Position numbers and translations under genes: made by a program | Shown here: in pieces, positions 24,404 through 38,430 of the stretch | How the letters are laid out: every line of letters begins with the position of its first letter | Numbering within the stretch: the first letter of the stretch is position 1 | NCBI GenBank assembly: GCA_010093745.1 | Contig: MU005971.1 | Location: 62,001 to 126,000 of the forward strand | From: Piedraia hortae CBS 480.64 | Lineage: Eukaryota | Length of the DNA: 64,000 nt | Direction: 5' to 3' | Notes under the pieces: model-generated | The model's input: the letters and a program-made list of their open reading frames with translations, nothing else | Database searches by the model: none | What the model was told of the DNA's origin: nothing

Positions 24404-27400
24404 ATGGAAGTCGAGGCAGATTCGCCCATTGACGGCGAGGAAACGGTGTATCCCTGCAAAGGATGCGGTGAGGTCTTGGAGGAGGGGAAGGCATTCGAGC
24501 TTTGTGAGTTTGACCAGGAGCTTTGGGCTCGGCATCTGCTAACGCAAAAATAGCTGGTAATCGATGGCATATCGAGTGCTTCCGCTGTAATACGTGCGGC
24601 ACTCTGCTGGACGCCGATGCCAGTCTGCTGTTGCTGGGCGATGGCTCCCTCATCTGCAACGACTGTACCTATAGCTGCAATGTCTGCGGCGACAAGATCG
24701 AGGATCTGGCCATCCTGACAGGCGATCTGGCGTTTTGCGCAAACTGCTTCAAGTGCCGCAACTGCAAGCGCAAGATTGAAAACCTCAAGTATGCGCGGAC
24801 AAGCCATGGAATCTTCTGCATGAAATGCCACGAGAGCCTCATGGCCAGTCGACGCAAGCGCGCGCAAAACAAGCAGCCGAACCCGGCCTCCCGAGGGGGC
24901 ACGCCGGGGGTGGAAAAGGCGCTGCCCTCGCTGCCGCCAGAGGCAGTACCGTTGTCAGCGTTCTCGCCCGAAGTGGGATCCGAGTGTTCGGAAACTCCGC
25001 CCGCGCACAAGTCGCCGCGGCCAAGCCTTCCGCGCTCTCGCACAGGCGGGTCGGTAGCCAGCCGATCGCGGGATATTTCGCCGGATAACCGCAAGGAAAC
25101 GCTGCCGGCCAGCACCTACAGCGACAGCCGCAGCTCCCATGCGTCGGATGATACCGAGGACGGGGTTCGCGGCTTCCTACCCCTTGCGTTTGACCCAACG
25201 CCGGCTCCCGGTCCCCCGGCGCCGGGTGTTTCACGTCCCGCCATGTCCCGGCCACGCGCGGCATCTGCACAGAGCCCTGTCACGTCAGAGCCGAAGAAGA
25301 GCAGTACGCACATCCTCCAGCTGGACAAGGGCCGCGGCCTGGGCTCCCCTTCGGCCTCCAGCGAACACTTTCGTCTGCAAGACGCTCCTCGCCGCAAGGA
25401 GCGCAATGGATCACGTCCTCCAGACAGCAGCGGTCGCGTATCGCCCAAGTCGATGGACTCTCGCAGCTCCTCTATCAATCCGTTTGACGATCCACGGCGA
25501 AAGGAGAACAAAGCAGGCGGCATGGCTCCCCCTCCGCCTCGTCACTCTGACCGTCCCAAGCGCGGCGATTCGCTTGCTCTGCGGAACAAGACGGCACCTA
25601 CAGACCGCGGTGGACGGGCAGCTTCTACCTCGTCATCTCATGGAACCCCCAGATCCCGCAACAACAGCAGTTCAACGGTGGATGCAATAACAGTCAGTTC
25701 ACCGCCGCCACGCTCTTCCCACAGGCTGTCGACAGTGCCGAGCAAGACCGGGCTCCATTCGGATTTTAGTGCTGTACCACCGGCCCTGGGCAGCGCTGGA
25801 CTGTCCCGTCACAGTGCCGAAACCCCACTCAGCATGGAGCGTGAAATGCAACGTTTCATGCACAGTGAAAGACAGGTAGAAGCTGGTTCGTCAATGCTTC
25901 GGCGCATGTCAAATGCAGTCAAGCATGGGAGGAGTTTCAGTGACCGCGACATAACGCAGTCTCCGTCACGAACTCTGGAAATATCCTCGCCTTTGACCAT
26001 GGGCAGCCCAACCATTTCCTCTCCAAACGATCCTCTAGCTCAGCTGCGTGCTCAGAACATGCGTCAGCAGAAGCAGATTGCCGAGCAACAAGCGAGTATG
26101 GATGCTCTACGTGAGCAGATCAACAGCTCGGCGCAGATGCGTGCTGCTGTAACCGAGCTGAATGAAAAGCGCAATACCATTACTACTCTCGATGCCCAGC
26201 GCGAGATTGTCCTTGCAGAGCTGAACAGCATCATGTCCCACTTGCAGACGACGAAAGATGGTTCTGATGCTCCGGAAACACTGGCCAGCCGCGTATCTCA
26301 TGATCTGCAGCAGACCGTAAAGACGCTCACGAGCCAGCTTCAGGGAGAGATTGAGCAACTGATGCACCGCCGCAATGAGCTGTCTGAGGAAATTACTGCA
26401 CTCATTCCGCTCAAGGAGCGTGCCCTGCACGAGCTCGAAGAGTTGCGCAGCCGTAATACCCAGCTTCAGGATATGAATAACCAGTTGCTGCAGAATATTC
26501 AAGACGCGCACAAGGGAGGCTCTGGGCTAGGAATCTCAATGGATAGCGCCATACCGGAGGCCCAAACGGACAGGGTAACGGTGGTGAATGCGCCGCAGGT
26601 TGTCAATATCAGAAAGGAGCAGCCCAAGAAGTTCAACTGGCGTCGTGGCGGCGAGAAGGTGGCCAAGAACATCTCAAAGGGAGTGCGTGCCGCCACTCTG
26701 GGACCCGTTCCATCCTCTTCCTCGTCGCAGACCAATGCCGGGGCGAATTCTTTTAATCTGTTTGGACCCAAGGCAAATGTCAAACGAGGAAACGGCGGTC
26801 CGGCCACGATGGCCGTTGACTCAAGCAGTACGTTTAGTAAGGTATCTGAGAGTCGATCTTTGCTAACGAATACAGCCCTGTTTGGCAGCGATCTTGAAGC
26901 TCGCTGCGAGCATGAGCAGCGCATGGTGCCCATCATCGTTACGCGCTGCATCCAAGAAGTCGAGAAGCGCGGGATGGACTTGGAAGGCATCTATCGCAAA
27001 TCAGGCGGCTCATCCCAAGTGAAGATGATCCAGTCCGGTTTCGAGCGCGAAGGAGCCAACTACGACATCTCCGACCCGGATCTGGACATCCACGCTGTGA
27101 CATCTGCATTGAAGCAGTACTTCCGTAAGCTGCCCACTCCGCTCATCACTTACGACGTCTATGAAAACTTTCTCGAAGCGGCGCAATCTCAGGACCGCGA
27201 ACGCCAAATCGCGCACCTCCGTGCCGCCGTCTTTTCTCTACCAGACCACCACCGCAGCTGCCTCGAATACCTCGTCCGCCATCTCGCCCATGTCATGACC
27301 AAGGAAGCGGAAAATCTCATGACTCCGCTCAATCTCGCCGTCGTCTTTGCCCCGACCATCATGCGTCCGTTCTCGATCGAACGCGAAATGTCAGATATGC

Positions 27401-27462
27401 AGGCCCAGCGGGTTGCGGTGCAGGCTCTGTTGGAGTTGTATGAGGGCGTTTTTGCTGAGTGA
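24404..27462 (+). CDS. RGA1: LIM-domain Rho GTPase-activating protein (Rga1/Rga2-like)
   Basis: Exon 1 YPCKGCGEVLEEGKAFEL; intron 24504-24552; LIM WHIECFRCNTC...; coiled coil; RhoGAP EGIYRKSG, LKQYFRKLP, NLMTPLNLAVVFAPT. Confidence 0.92.
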
Positions 27463-28011
27463 TTTTTTTTTTCTTTGCTGTATGCTTCGCTCATGGGGTT
27501 AAAAGGCATGGCGGGAGTCAGATAGCTTTGGGGTTTTTCGAGTGCAAAGATTCTGTGTTGCCCCGACGGTTGGGGTAGACGATACAGTTAGATGTGTATA
27601 ACCGCTTGTCTGTCTGTATGCTATACTCTTTACGTGGCGGTAATTTGAGGTTCTTACAAAGGAAGGAAGGGTTTATGGCTGAGTATGGTGTGATTCGTAC
27701 ATGCAGTTGTGAAGAATCTTCCTCCACCATGACGTGTATAATGTAGCAGTATATACATAGCTATGGGCTCGTTATGTCGAATAGGTAGAACTTCCCCACT
27801 TTTTCCCCTATACAACACCTTTCAGCTCCTCCCAATCCATCCCTCCCTCCACCCTTCCATAAGAATAGAGCAATACAAAAACCCGTAGAATACAACTCCC
27901 ATTCACGAACAATAACTGAATGAATACAAATCTCCCCTAAAATGTATATGTGTACATAGGTGTCCACATCATACTCTCACTCCGCGGAGTTGATGATTGA
28001 CTTTTGAAGTA

Positions 28012-28900
28012 TTAGACGACAGTCCACAAAGGCCTTGGAATATCCCTCCCTTCCCCGATGCGTTTGCCTACATACGCCTCCCTCCGTGCTGGGTCGCCGG
28101 TGGTGATGGACCACGTGGGTAAACCATAATACTCTGCTATGGCGTGGACGAGGTATCTCCTGTACGTTATCAGCATGGGTGGGGNNNNNNNNNNNNNNNN
28201 NNNNNNNNNNNNNNNNNNNNNNNNNNNNNNNNNNNNNNNNNNNNNNNNNNNNNNNNNNNNNNNNNNNNNNNNNNNNNNNNNNNNNNNNNNNNNNNNNNNN
28301 NNNNNNNNNNNNNNNNNNNNNNNNNNNNNNNNNNNNNNNNNNNNNNNNNNNNNNNNNNNNNNNNNNNNNNNNNNNNNNNNNNNNNNNNNNNNNNNNNNNN
28401 NNNNNNNNNNNNNNNNNNNNNNNNNNNNNNNNNNNNNNNNNNNNNNNNNNNNNNNNNNNNNNNNNNNNNNNNNNNNNNNNNNNNNNNNNNNNNNNNNNNN
28501 NNNNNNNNNNNNNNNNNNNNNNNNNNNNNNNNNNNNNNNNNNNNNNNNNNNNNNNNNNNNNNNNNNNNNNNNNNNNNNNNNNNNNNNNNNNNNNNNNNNN
28601 NNNNNNNNNNNNNNNNNNNNNNNNNNNNNNNNNNNNNNNNNNNNNNNNNNNNNNNNNNNNNNNNNNNNNNNNNNNNNNNNNNNNNNNNNNNNNNNNNNNN
28701 NNNNNNNNNNNNNNNNNNNNNNNNNNNNNNNNNNNNNNNNNNNNNNNNNNNNNNNNNNNNNNNNNNNNNNNNNNNNNNNNNNNNNNNNNNNNNNNNNNNN
28801 NNNNNNNNNNNNNNNNNNNNGGGGCGGGGGGGTTTGTTTTTGATAGGAGGGTCGCGGTTTGGGTGATGGTCCATTGCTCCACACGGGAGAGGTGCGGCAT
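28012..28900 (-). CDS. R3H-domain protein (interrupted by assembly gap)
   Basis: C-terminal YRRYLVHAIAEYYGL (RxxxH) after the gap; N-terminal MPHLSRVEQWT before it. The middle is not visible. Confidence 0.7.
28185..28820. other. Assembly gap (636 N)
   Basis: Run of N flanked by G runs on both sides. Confidence 1.
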
Positions 28901-29708
28901 GGTTGTTTTTAGGTGGGAGGGTGTACTTTGGTTGTTGGGTTGGGCCGAGGTTGGAGTAATAGGGTGACTGATTGGGTTTAGCGGGGTTGTTATCGGTTGA
29001 ACAAAGGGTGAAAGACTTCTCATCGTCAGGATCTCAGTCCCACTCCCAGTCACGTGGCGTGGGCACGGCCCGTACAATACTACAACACCAAGACAGTTGC
29101 CCTTTTAGTCCTTACGCGTTGTTCTAGTCTTTTAGGCGATATAGAGTAGCGCACACCGCTTAGCTCCATCATTTGTGCCCTCCGGCCTCTCGGGCCTGCC
29201 ACTCATGTGTGTGATAACATACGTACGTACGTACAACCAAGATGTTTTCTTTTCTCCCTCGAACCTGCCTCATATCTTCCTGCCTTCGGCCCGTTACTAT
29301 CCCTCCAGACATTGTCATACGTCCCACCTGTCACAAATCTCACATGTGGTTTTGGGTGAATGCGATGTATGACGGTCGTTTGTTGGGCTCAAAGGGTTTG
29401 GATTGACGCAGTGGGGAGAGGTTTTATGGTATAGGAATTTTTGTGGGTTCACGACTCTGTTCATGAGTTTTGGGCCAGAGATTGTGGGCTTGCCGCTGCG
29501 ATCTGAAGATCATACGCGTCATGGTCCTCCAACACTCACAAAGCATATCTGCAATGGCACGAAACTGTCCTATCTCAACATCTATCAAGTTTCAAGTCCT
29601 CCATTAGCGAGGAGAGCGTTGCCCCAATCAACAATCTCAAGTATACCTTCCATCCTAACAACCACAAAGGAACCATCCTGCGCCCTCTTCTGGTCAGTAT
29701 TCCCAAAG

Positions 29709-30538
29709 ATGGCAGAGAGCCAAAGCGGCATCGTTACGAAACCACGTCCTTCGAAGACAGAAGGAATGTGGCAGCAGGTACCACAGTTCCAACGCACCGC
29801 CACGCCCGACTTCTTCCCCTAACACGAGGTCCGCTTCCGAGTCATGCATGAAGTAGCATTATCAGCCCCAATTACCCCCCCTACAGAGACGGAGGCAGTC
29901 CGAGTTATCTGCCGTACAGTAACGACTGCAGACGAAACCGGCCTTCTTTGGCGGAAATGGCAACCCAATTGACGTAACGGGCGCGCTTTGTCGATCCAAT
30001 CAGAGCTATCAATAACGGCTCTGCTATTAAATTCACCCTCGAAATTGCGAGTCGAAACTGCGGCACAGTCACTGTGCAGACACGATACCTAAGCGTGGCC
30101 TGCCTCTTCTGGTCAAGAGTTCAGAGTGAGGCTCATCCGCCAGCACGGTAGAGATAGACCTTCATTTCCCGCTGGGACAATCTCCGCGCGCCCGGGATGG
30201 TTTTGGGCGGTGGAGAGAGAACAATTTCCTTCCTTTTCTCTGTGCTGGATGTTACGGAGGGGATGCAAGTTCTCCTGACAACCGTTCATGGGTCTTTTGG
30301 AGGGTGGCTTCGCGCGGGAGGGGCGGTCATGCTCGTGCTGGGGAAAGCTTCGGCGGAGGCCGAGGAACTGGTGCGTTGGAGGAGCGATTACCTGTTGAGG
30401 GTGAGGGTGTATGTCAGAGGGATGGAGTTGAACGGTGCGATGTCGTGGAGATATGGAAGTTTCTTCGAGGAGTACGTCTGGGGGTCTTTCGGGAGGGTGA
30501 AGTCCGGTCTGGAGTTGGTTAAATGGCATTGCTCCTAG
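29709..30538 (+). pseudogene. Possible degenerate gene of unknown family
   Basis: ATG exon MAESQSG..WQQ followed by an intron-like GTACCA..CTAAC..AG, interrupted frames, then a protein-like 113-aa ORF. No family recognised. Confidence 0.25.
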
Positions 30539-31313
30539 ACGTTCACGAGGCGGTACGGACGTGTCCGGCATGCCAGTTAATGACCGCACTTGAACCCATC
30601 CCTCCTTTTGCGTGTTGGGGTATCGACCACACCGGCCCGATTGCCATGCTTGCCTACTTGTTGCGATTGGCTTTGTGAGACTTGTGGATTAGGGAATCAT
30701 GAATGTCATGTTAGGATGTAGTGTTGGTGATATATCTGTCCTTTTTCAGATCGTGAGTTTTTCCCACCGCTCCCTCTTCTCCACTCTGTGCCCTACATTG
30801 CCAATGTTGCGAGTCATCGTGAAGCATTAGTTGAACACCTAGATCAAATCAATTGAGATCCCTTTGGGGAGATGTAATCCTAACGATCGTATACCTTCCA
30901 ACTTTCAAGGTCTTCTCTATGACATATCCAGATGATTTCTACGCAGAAAGTCTGAATTCAATCAACTTGCGGGTTCGGTTGATTCGCATCCATTTCATTT
31001 TAATCTAGTGCACGCAGTGGAAGATACTACTATCACTTCAAGGCAACGTTTATCAAAATACTTTTACGCACTACGAAAAAAGAGGGGTATTTCCATATAT
31101 TCATATTTTCCGTCATAGTCGTCCTAAACATCCTCCTCAAAAAAGCAAACGCAAAACGTCAAGAAGCCAAGAACAAAAAAAAAAAAGGGTATCCTTATGA
31201 AAACTTTGTCAAACAAACCAAAAAGATCACCCCCTTTGCAATCATCTTCGGAAACAATGTTTCCAGAGGGGTATCCTGTTTTTTTTTTTTTCATCGATAG
31301 TGTTTTTTTCTTT

Positions 31314-34275
31314 TCACGATTCCTCGATTTTAGGTGTGACGTTGCCAGTCACGTTGGTTGGACGACTCGGAGCAATACCAAGGCCGGGGAGGATAGGGGC
31401 ATTCAAGGATGTGGTTGAGGCGTTTCCGTTGCGGCCTAGACCGTTTGGAAATAGGGAAGATGACGAGCCACCGCCGAGGGAAGACGTGGAGCTTGTGTGG
31501 GGTCTTGTGCTACGTTGCGTGGTCGCTGAGCCGGAGATAGAGACTGGCTCATCTTCGTCTGCCCAGGGACAGTAGAGATAACCAGAATCACGGCTTTCGG
31601 AGCTCATGATTGATGCTTTGGAAGCGTTTTGCGACGCGTGGATGAACATTGAGCCGGGAGAAGTGGATCCATTCCTCCTGCGTCCGTTGAGAAAAGACGA
31701 CAGCGATGACACACTGCCAGGTCGCCGGAACTTGTCAAAGATTTGCCGCATGGGCCCAGCAATGTCCTCGACAGAAGCAGGAGTTGTCATGGGCGGGAAA
31801 CTGGCACGAGTGGGCGAATCCGTCCCAATAGGTGGCTCAGCACGCTGGAGCAGCTTGGATTCAAAGTACGGCATACTCTCTTGAAATGGATCGGTTTTGG
31901 GCTCGGGAATGTAACCTTTGACACTATTTGCATCCAAGCCGCGGGCAATCAAGGGCAAAAGTACAAAGTCGATTGCGTCTTTGAGCCCGCCTGCATTGTT
32001 GCGCGTGTATTTAAAGACGATCTTCTCCACGCCCGGCGCCTCGTGTTGGGGCTCGACCTTGACCACGTAACATTCTTTTACCTTGCGCGCATGTTCGAAG
32101 AGGAACTCGGGTGAACTGAGATACGAGCGAAGGCTCTCAGATGACGGGAACTCAATCTCATGGCTCTCGCGAACCATTCCGAGGAAAACATCGACGGCTT
32201 GCGGCACTTGATACTCGGGCCCGGAGACGGTTACAATGTCACTCGCCTGCTCTGTTCCGGGAAAGGTGACTTTGCAGTTCCACTTCTTCTCCAACTCCTC
32301 AATCTCGTGTTTGTGGCGCGTGATGAGCTCGCGGTGGTAAAGGCGGTCGACGGGAATGCTCTCCGACGTGAACTCCGCATCGACCTGGGCAACCATGTCC
32401 ATAATCTCCTGCTTCACAAGCTCGAGATTGTCGGCGTTGCGGGCAGGAGTGCGGCAGATGACGTTGTCAACCTTGATGTCATCGTCTTCCTTGCCAATGC
32501 CGCCGCGATCCATGGCGTTAGAGAACTTGACAAAGACCGAATATTTCTTCATGATGCGCTGAATGTGCTGGCCACCGATGCCGATGATGCGCTTGTGGTA
32601 CTGGTCGGGCACGTGGAAGGAGATGGAGGCCGGCATCTCGAGCTCCACCAACTCGAGCCCGTTGCGCGTGGCCTCGTACGTCGAGCCGCACACGTCAATA
32701 TAAAAGTTGTACTCGTTGAAGCCGTCAAAGACAATCTGCACATTGGATTGGCTCATGATCTTGTTGATCTTGCCGTTCTTCTTGCCTGACACAAACTCCT
32801 TATGCTCGTTGGCCAGCTCCAGCTTCACACGCAACGAGCTCTGCGCCTTTTTGAGAAATGGCATCGTGTTGATAATGGACAGAGCCGCCTTGACGGCATC
32901 ATCCGAGCCCGAGACGTGGAAGGCGAGCTGTTCAAAGACGAGCTCGGCGCCCGAATTGATGCATATGTCGGGCAACATGGTGCGCACGTCGGCCGGCGTC
33001 GGCTGGCGCTGGCCGGCATCCAACAGCGTCATCCACCAGGCAGCACTATAGAAGTGGCCGGCAAGGCCCATGATCTCGCGTACGGTGCGCTCGACCGTCA
33101 GCATGTCGGTCGCCTGGACACGCAACAGGCCGGAGCCTTTGCCCAGCGGCGGTAGCAGCACGTATGAGCCGTTGGCATCGACAATCTTGCGGATCATATC
33201 CAGCCGCTCAAGCAGGACATGGTCCGCCTTGAGCGCCGTCAGCTGCACATCCTTGACAAACGGCGTCTTGATGGCCAGCAGCAGTTCGTGCAGCCGTTTC
33301 TTGGCCTGCAGAATGCTGTCGACATCGTCGCCAGTGATGATGATTTCGTCTCGCGTGCGCAGTTGCTCAATGCCGGTCACCGGGCCGCAGAAGACGCCCG
33401 GGAACAGCGGCGGGAAGTAGATGGCGGTATCGGTGGCAGCCTCAATCAGCTTCACGTTCCGCCGGTGCCGGCCGCACACCAGGTTCTGCAGTGTCAGCTC
33501 TATGCGGAAGCTGTCCACATGGCGCATCAGCAGTTGGTCAATGAGAATCAACAGCCGTGTTTTAGCATTCTCTGCGCTGTCGATATCGCCGTAAACCTGC
33601 AGTTGAAGCCGCTTGTCGAGGCTCTGGTCAGGCTCGGGTTCACGGCGGCGTGCTTTGCATTCGAGTAGGAAGATGTCTGCCGTGGTCTTGGCCGCAATGG
33701 TGTCGATCTGATCGAGCATGTCGACGCGGATGCCCCCAAGGCCCTTTGGACAAAGGATGTCGCGGTCGACGTCGACTGTTTCACATCGCTGTCGAGCGAT
33801 TAGCATGTAGGCAATTAGAATGGTCGGCGGGGAGGCCACTCACCAATGTAATGGGCATCTTTTGCAGGATCTTCGCTCGAGTTTCCCGCACAACTTCCTC
33901 GCTGCCAGACAGACACACGTTCGTCACCAGAGCCGTCAGCGGCCCACGCAGCTGCATGCCGGGCACCGGCTTTGGCTTGCTACTGGTGGTCGTAGCCGTC
34001 AAGTTTTCGCCGCTAAGCTCCTGGCACAGGAACCGTAGTCGCTCGACATTGTTTCTGTGCACAGGCAGAGCGTGGGCGGGTTGGTCTTCAGCGCCATCCG
34101 GATGTGTCCAGCGGTGAAAGGCGCCGCGCGAGCTGTACAGCACATCCTCCTTCTCCGGCCCCGCCAGGTTGCTGTTGAAGGGTACGTTGAATGACACGTG
34201 AACGACCCCCGCCGCCGCCGACACTGAGCGGCGGCCAGCGGCCTGTCTGTTGCTGAACGTCATTGACGGCGTCAT
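31314..34275 (-). CDS. Multi-KH-domain RNA-binding protein (Mug60/vigilin-like); intron ~33790-33843
   Basis: KH GxxG loops VSGKKNGKINKIM and HKRIIGIGGQHIQRIM; ORFs 33781..34275 and 31314..33839 joined by a GTGAGT..GCTAAT..CAG intron. Confidence 0.88.
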
Positions 34276-35852
34276 CTTTCACCAGCCATGGCCGGTCTAC
34301 TGGTAATGTTGGAGCTTCGTCTCAATTTCGCCGCTCAAAGCGGCTTAGCTGCGGAGTGGGCCCCATCGCCCGCCGTTTTCTTGGCACCGCACTGCACCTC
34401 GTATACTCAGCTGTTCTGAGGCCCTCACACCTAAAGTTGCATATTCGGCTGGATCATCAGTGTTTACATGTTGTGTAGCCCCTTTTCAACTTTCTACCGA
34501 CTTTTTCTGTCTATGAAAACCCCCGCAATTGCTATGAGACGGTTGAGACGTCATCCCACCGGCCTTGGCACACTTCCGAGAAATGCGGGGAAGAGGTACG
34601 TAACAGGCAAATCCAGTCGAGGGTGCTTGAATTAGCTAGTGAGGAGAACTATGTATTCACAAGGATTTACATTCACATATTTTGTTGACTGGCCACAGCC
34701 TTACCCAATGTATTCGGTACTTCTCATACACTGGGCCGAAGTCCGTATCTGACATGAGGACGAACGGGGGCTGCGTGGGGCGTGGGGAATTTTTCTCGGC
34801 GGAACGTGGCCATTTGGCGTTGGAGGAAGGATTTTCGCTCTCGATATCCCGTTTTCGCTTGTTGCTTTTGCATGTCGACGCTGAAGGTTGAGGTGTCGGC
34901 TTCTGCCTGGCGGTAGGCTTCACTCGAGGTCATCTGTGCCGTTTGGCGCACTTGCGTTGGCCTGGCCCGTGTGCTGCTTCCTCCTGGACCTCTGAACTTG
35001 GTCTTGGCCTGTGTACTGTCTACCTTTCGGGTCTTGTGGTCCCTGATCTTTCTTCCGCCTCGGCTTGTAATATCGCTAATGCGATACGTTCGCGTCCAAC
35101 ATCCCTTATTTGCCAATGAAGGTTCAACAAATCCTTGAGAAGATCATACATGGGCCCTGATGTTGGCTGCCCTAGCAATTCCGTTGCCAGACCGTCGCAA
35201 ACTTCACAGGCAAGTACGTAACTTGTCATCGAGGCCCTTAGAGAAACTGATGTGCTCGGCTTTGGACCGGTCCCACGGCTGCGAGCCGCCACTCTGTGTA
35301 GATGTAGGCTGTACCATTGCGATCAAAAATTGCAGGAGGACTGAAGTATATAAAAATGGACAATATGGGAGGTTGTTGCGTCTAGATGCTTGTAGTCAAA
35401 AGTGAAAGTTGTTGATGAGAACGAAGAGCAAGATACCAGGGTTTTCAAGTGCGGAGTACGATCAAAATACTGGCATACAGCTGTAGTGATGAAGCTGTCT
35501 TGATTCGGATTGTATTGTGTAGCGGTTGAGCAATGGGCCAGTGCGGTGCGCAGACAATGAGACAATGTTATTGTAAGAGAATGTCTCGACTCAAATACCA
35601 AAGACGTTCACCACATTAGATCTCAAAACTGTTACGTCCCACAAACGCTCCAGCGAGCGTCGATTCGACTCTGAATTTGAGCGTGATGTTGAAGTTGGGC
35701 TTACATCGGCCCGCCCCGACGTGACAGGCGCTGCTGCAAAACTTCTTCACTGATGGGGGCCAGAGGGAGGAGGCAGCGGTGCATGTATGCAATATATATA
35801 TTTCATATGGTTATTGAGCAGCGTAATAATGACGATGACCGAGTCTCGGCTT

Positions 35853-36752
35853 CTAATAACTAGATGGCGCCAGGCCGAGTGACCCCCCGTCCACGCCAAC
35901 CACCTGTCCATTCATGTACGCCCCAGCTTTACTAGCCAGGAACAAGAAGACGCCCTGGAAATCTGACTCACATCCGGTCCTATTCGAGGGGGCCAAACGC
36001 TCCATCTTATATGCACCCTCAAAGGCCTCCCCTTTTGGAATCTTCTCCGCATTCTGCATCATTCCACCTGTCATTTCGCTGGGGAACAGTCCGGGAGCAA
36101 TGCAGTTACATCTGATCCTGAACTTTTTTTCGGCAAATGTCGTGCTGAGCATTTTGGTCAAATGAATCGCAGCGGCCTTGCTAGTCGAGTACGCGACACT
36201 CCCTAGTAGGCTTCTATAGTACCCGACCACGGAAGCCGTAATGATGATCTGGCTGTCCATTGCGACATTTTTAGCGGCATTTCCAGCAGCAAGCAGCTCG
36301 AGAAACGCTATGGCGGTGAAGTACGCCCCGGATACGTTGGTTCCCAAAACGTTCGTGAAGTTATCCACGTCATTTTCCCATAGAGCGGCTTGGAAGTCTG
36401 TGATGGATGGATTCTCGCCTTTGGCCGCCAAGGCATGTGAGTCTAGCTTACCAGCTACGCCGGCATTCGCGAAGAGCAGGTTTACATAGCCTTGCTCATT
36501 CTTCACACGTTCGGCCACCTTGCTTAGGCTTTCTTTGGAGGTTACGTCACCGACTATGGGATGGACATTTCCCTTGGGAAAGCCTGAAGCGGCGGACTTA
36601 AGTGCTTCTTCCCGCCGGCCGACTATGTAGACGGCCTTAGCCCCCGACTCAGAAAGCGCGCGGGCGGCAAAAAGGCCTAGTCCACTGCCACCGCCTGTGA
36701 TGACGGCCACGAGACCATTGGTGGCGAATAATTCCGTTGGATTGGAAGACAT
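35853..36752 (-). CDS. Short-chain dehydrogenase/reductase
   Basis: VITGGGSGLG, LFANAG, YSTSK, CIAPGLFPSEMT, MNGQVVGVDGG. Confidence 0.92.
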   Translation of the reverse strand: MSSNPTELFATNGLVAVITGGGSGLGLFAARALSESGAKAVYIVGRREEALKSAASGFPKGNVHPIVGDVTSKESLSKVAERVKNEQGYVNLLFANAGVAGKLDSHALAAKGENPSITDFQAALWENDVDNFTNVLGTNVSGAYFTAIAFLELLAAGNAAKNVAMDSQIIITASVVGYYRSLLGSVAYSTSKAAAIHLTKMLSTTFAEKKFRIRCNCIAPGLFPSEMTGGMMQNAEKIPKGEAFEGAYKMERLAPSNRTGCESDFQGVFLFLASKAGAYMNGQVVGVDGGSLGLAPSSY

Positions 36753-37689
36753 TGTTGCTGTGAAGGGGGAGGGGTAGCTTTCAAGATCTTCAAGGCCAAA
36801 CGGTTGAAGAACCCCCACTTCTGGCCGAACGCGAAATGCCAGTCCATGACATCACCAGACGGCATGCACCCCCTTATCTCCCTTGCGTCCTTTGCCTCCT
36901 CTTGGTATAAAAGTGGCTAGTACGTTCATAGATCATCAAGCTGGACTTACGATCTCAACGACTCTGAACCATGTACACGTGACTTCGGGAATCAGAGACT
37001 CGGTCCAGCAACGTCACCTCGGTAAACGTCATACTGGACGGACCTGCATGCCGAGATTTAAGGTCATTGAACAGGCTAGCGTACAAGACAGAAGGCATTT
37101 GGTCTGCCACAAAGAGCGATGGGAAAAAAACTGAAACTTCAGTGATTGTGGTATAATCTAGCCTAGCAAAAATATAGCAATCACTTGCGGTTCATAATTC
37201 AGGCTTCCATTCGACGTAATTGCCAGCTTGTGGTCCATACTTTGAGTTTTCGGTTCATGTAATGGCGAGACTGTCAAATTATTTGGTAGGCAATGGTGTT
37301 TGAGGGCGCATGTATATGTGGCTATGTGGTTGAGCTGATGTCATGTGGTGAGGTGAAGTTCCGCACTTCACCTCACGCTAACCCAGTTCTAGTCGCATTC
37401 ACCGAGACTACGTTTCCGAACACGCACAGAGCATAAAACGGCACCGTGTCTCGTCCCAGGGAAAACTTCCTCCTATAGAAGAAAAAACCCTGAGAAGCAT
37501 CGACCTCTATCTAAGCTCGCAGTTGCGACCTGGCTGTATACTATATGAGAGGGTTTACCGTCTCACAGAGACCTGGCCACGTAACCTTTCTCTTTCCATG
37601 CGAACGCCTATTCACCGCTGCATGTTTTGCTACGGCGCCGACTCGTGGAAGAATCGTCGCCGCATGCCAAACCTTCCAGAAGGTCGTGT

Positions 37690-38222
37690 CCAGGTACCAG
37701 GTCATGCCGCCATCAAAGGCAATGACAGGGCCGACGTCCTCGCCAAGATGGGAGCATCAGCCACAGTCGACCCGTCAGCCCCGGTCAGGCTGCCAACGTT
37801 AGCTCATATAAAGAGATCAGCATGAGCCTGGAGCGCTGCACCGGCGAGAGGCTGGTGGGCTGAGAATATCCCCCAGCACTACCAGGAGCTGGCCATCGGC
37901 TTTCCTTCCAAGCCGCCAAAGGAACTGCGCCTCCGACGAAATGCCCCTGGACAACTCGTCGCGTGCAAAACGAAGCACGGTGACTTTGCCGAGTACCATC
38001 AAAGGTTCAATCACCGCGATGCAGAGCTCCACTGCTCTTGCGGGAGCTTCAAGACCCCAGTACACTTTTATTTCCGCCCGAAAGGCTCAACTGCCAGCAA
38101 CGTGCTGTGCAAGGGCTCGCCAAGCACCGCATTGAACCAGGTCCTAGGCACAGCGGCTGGGACTAAACTGTTTGCCAAGTATACGGCACAGTCCAGGTTC
38201 TACGAGGACATCTGCCCCAGGC
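37690..38222 (+). mobile_element. 3' remnant of Tad1-like LINE ORF2 (RNase H C-terminus and Cys/His finger)
   Basis: One frame with one internal TGA: VPGHAAIKGNDRADVLAK (RNase H) ... HGDFAEYHQRFNH.DAELHCSCG..KTPVHF ... FYEDICPR. Confidence 0.85.
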
Positions 38223-38430
38223 AGTCGACCAGAAACCAAGATGGCCCAAGTGGCCGGGGAATTGACGCGGAAGAGGTGCGGTCGGAGGGCACCGAAGGAG
38301 AGGACGGGGAGTGAAAGAGTCGGCCCCGCATCGTCTTATGCCCCATTAGGGTCCGGGCATATGCTCATTAGGGGACCGCGACCGCGACGGAGTATCAAAA
38401 CACGCTATCTTCGCGGTCACTATCGTCACG

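Noticed and set aside
27977..29077. Multiple long ORFs across the N run
   Set aside because: Artefacts of translating the assembly gap.
31606..34117. Many plus-strand ORFs overlapping the KH gene (likewise over CTF18, STU1, SEC7)
   Set aside because: Antisense or alternate-frame shadows expected from GC3-rich coding sequence.
34657..35600. Basic, low-complexity short ORFs upstream of the KH gene
   Set aside because: No recognisable domain or coherent exon chain.
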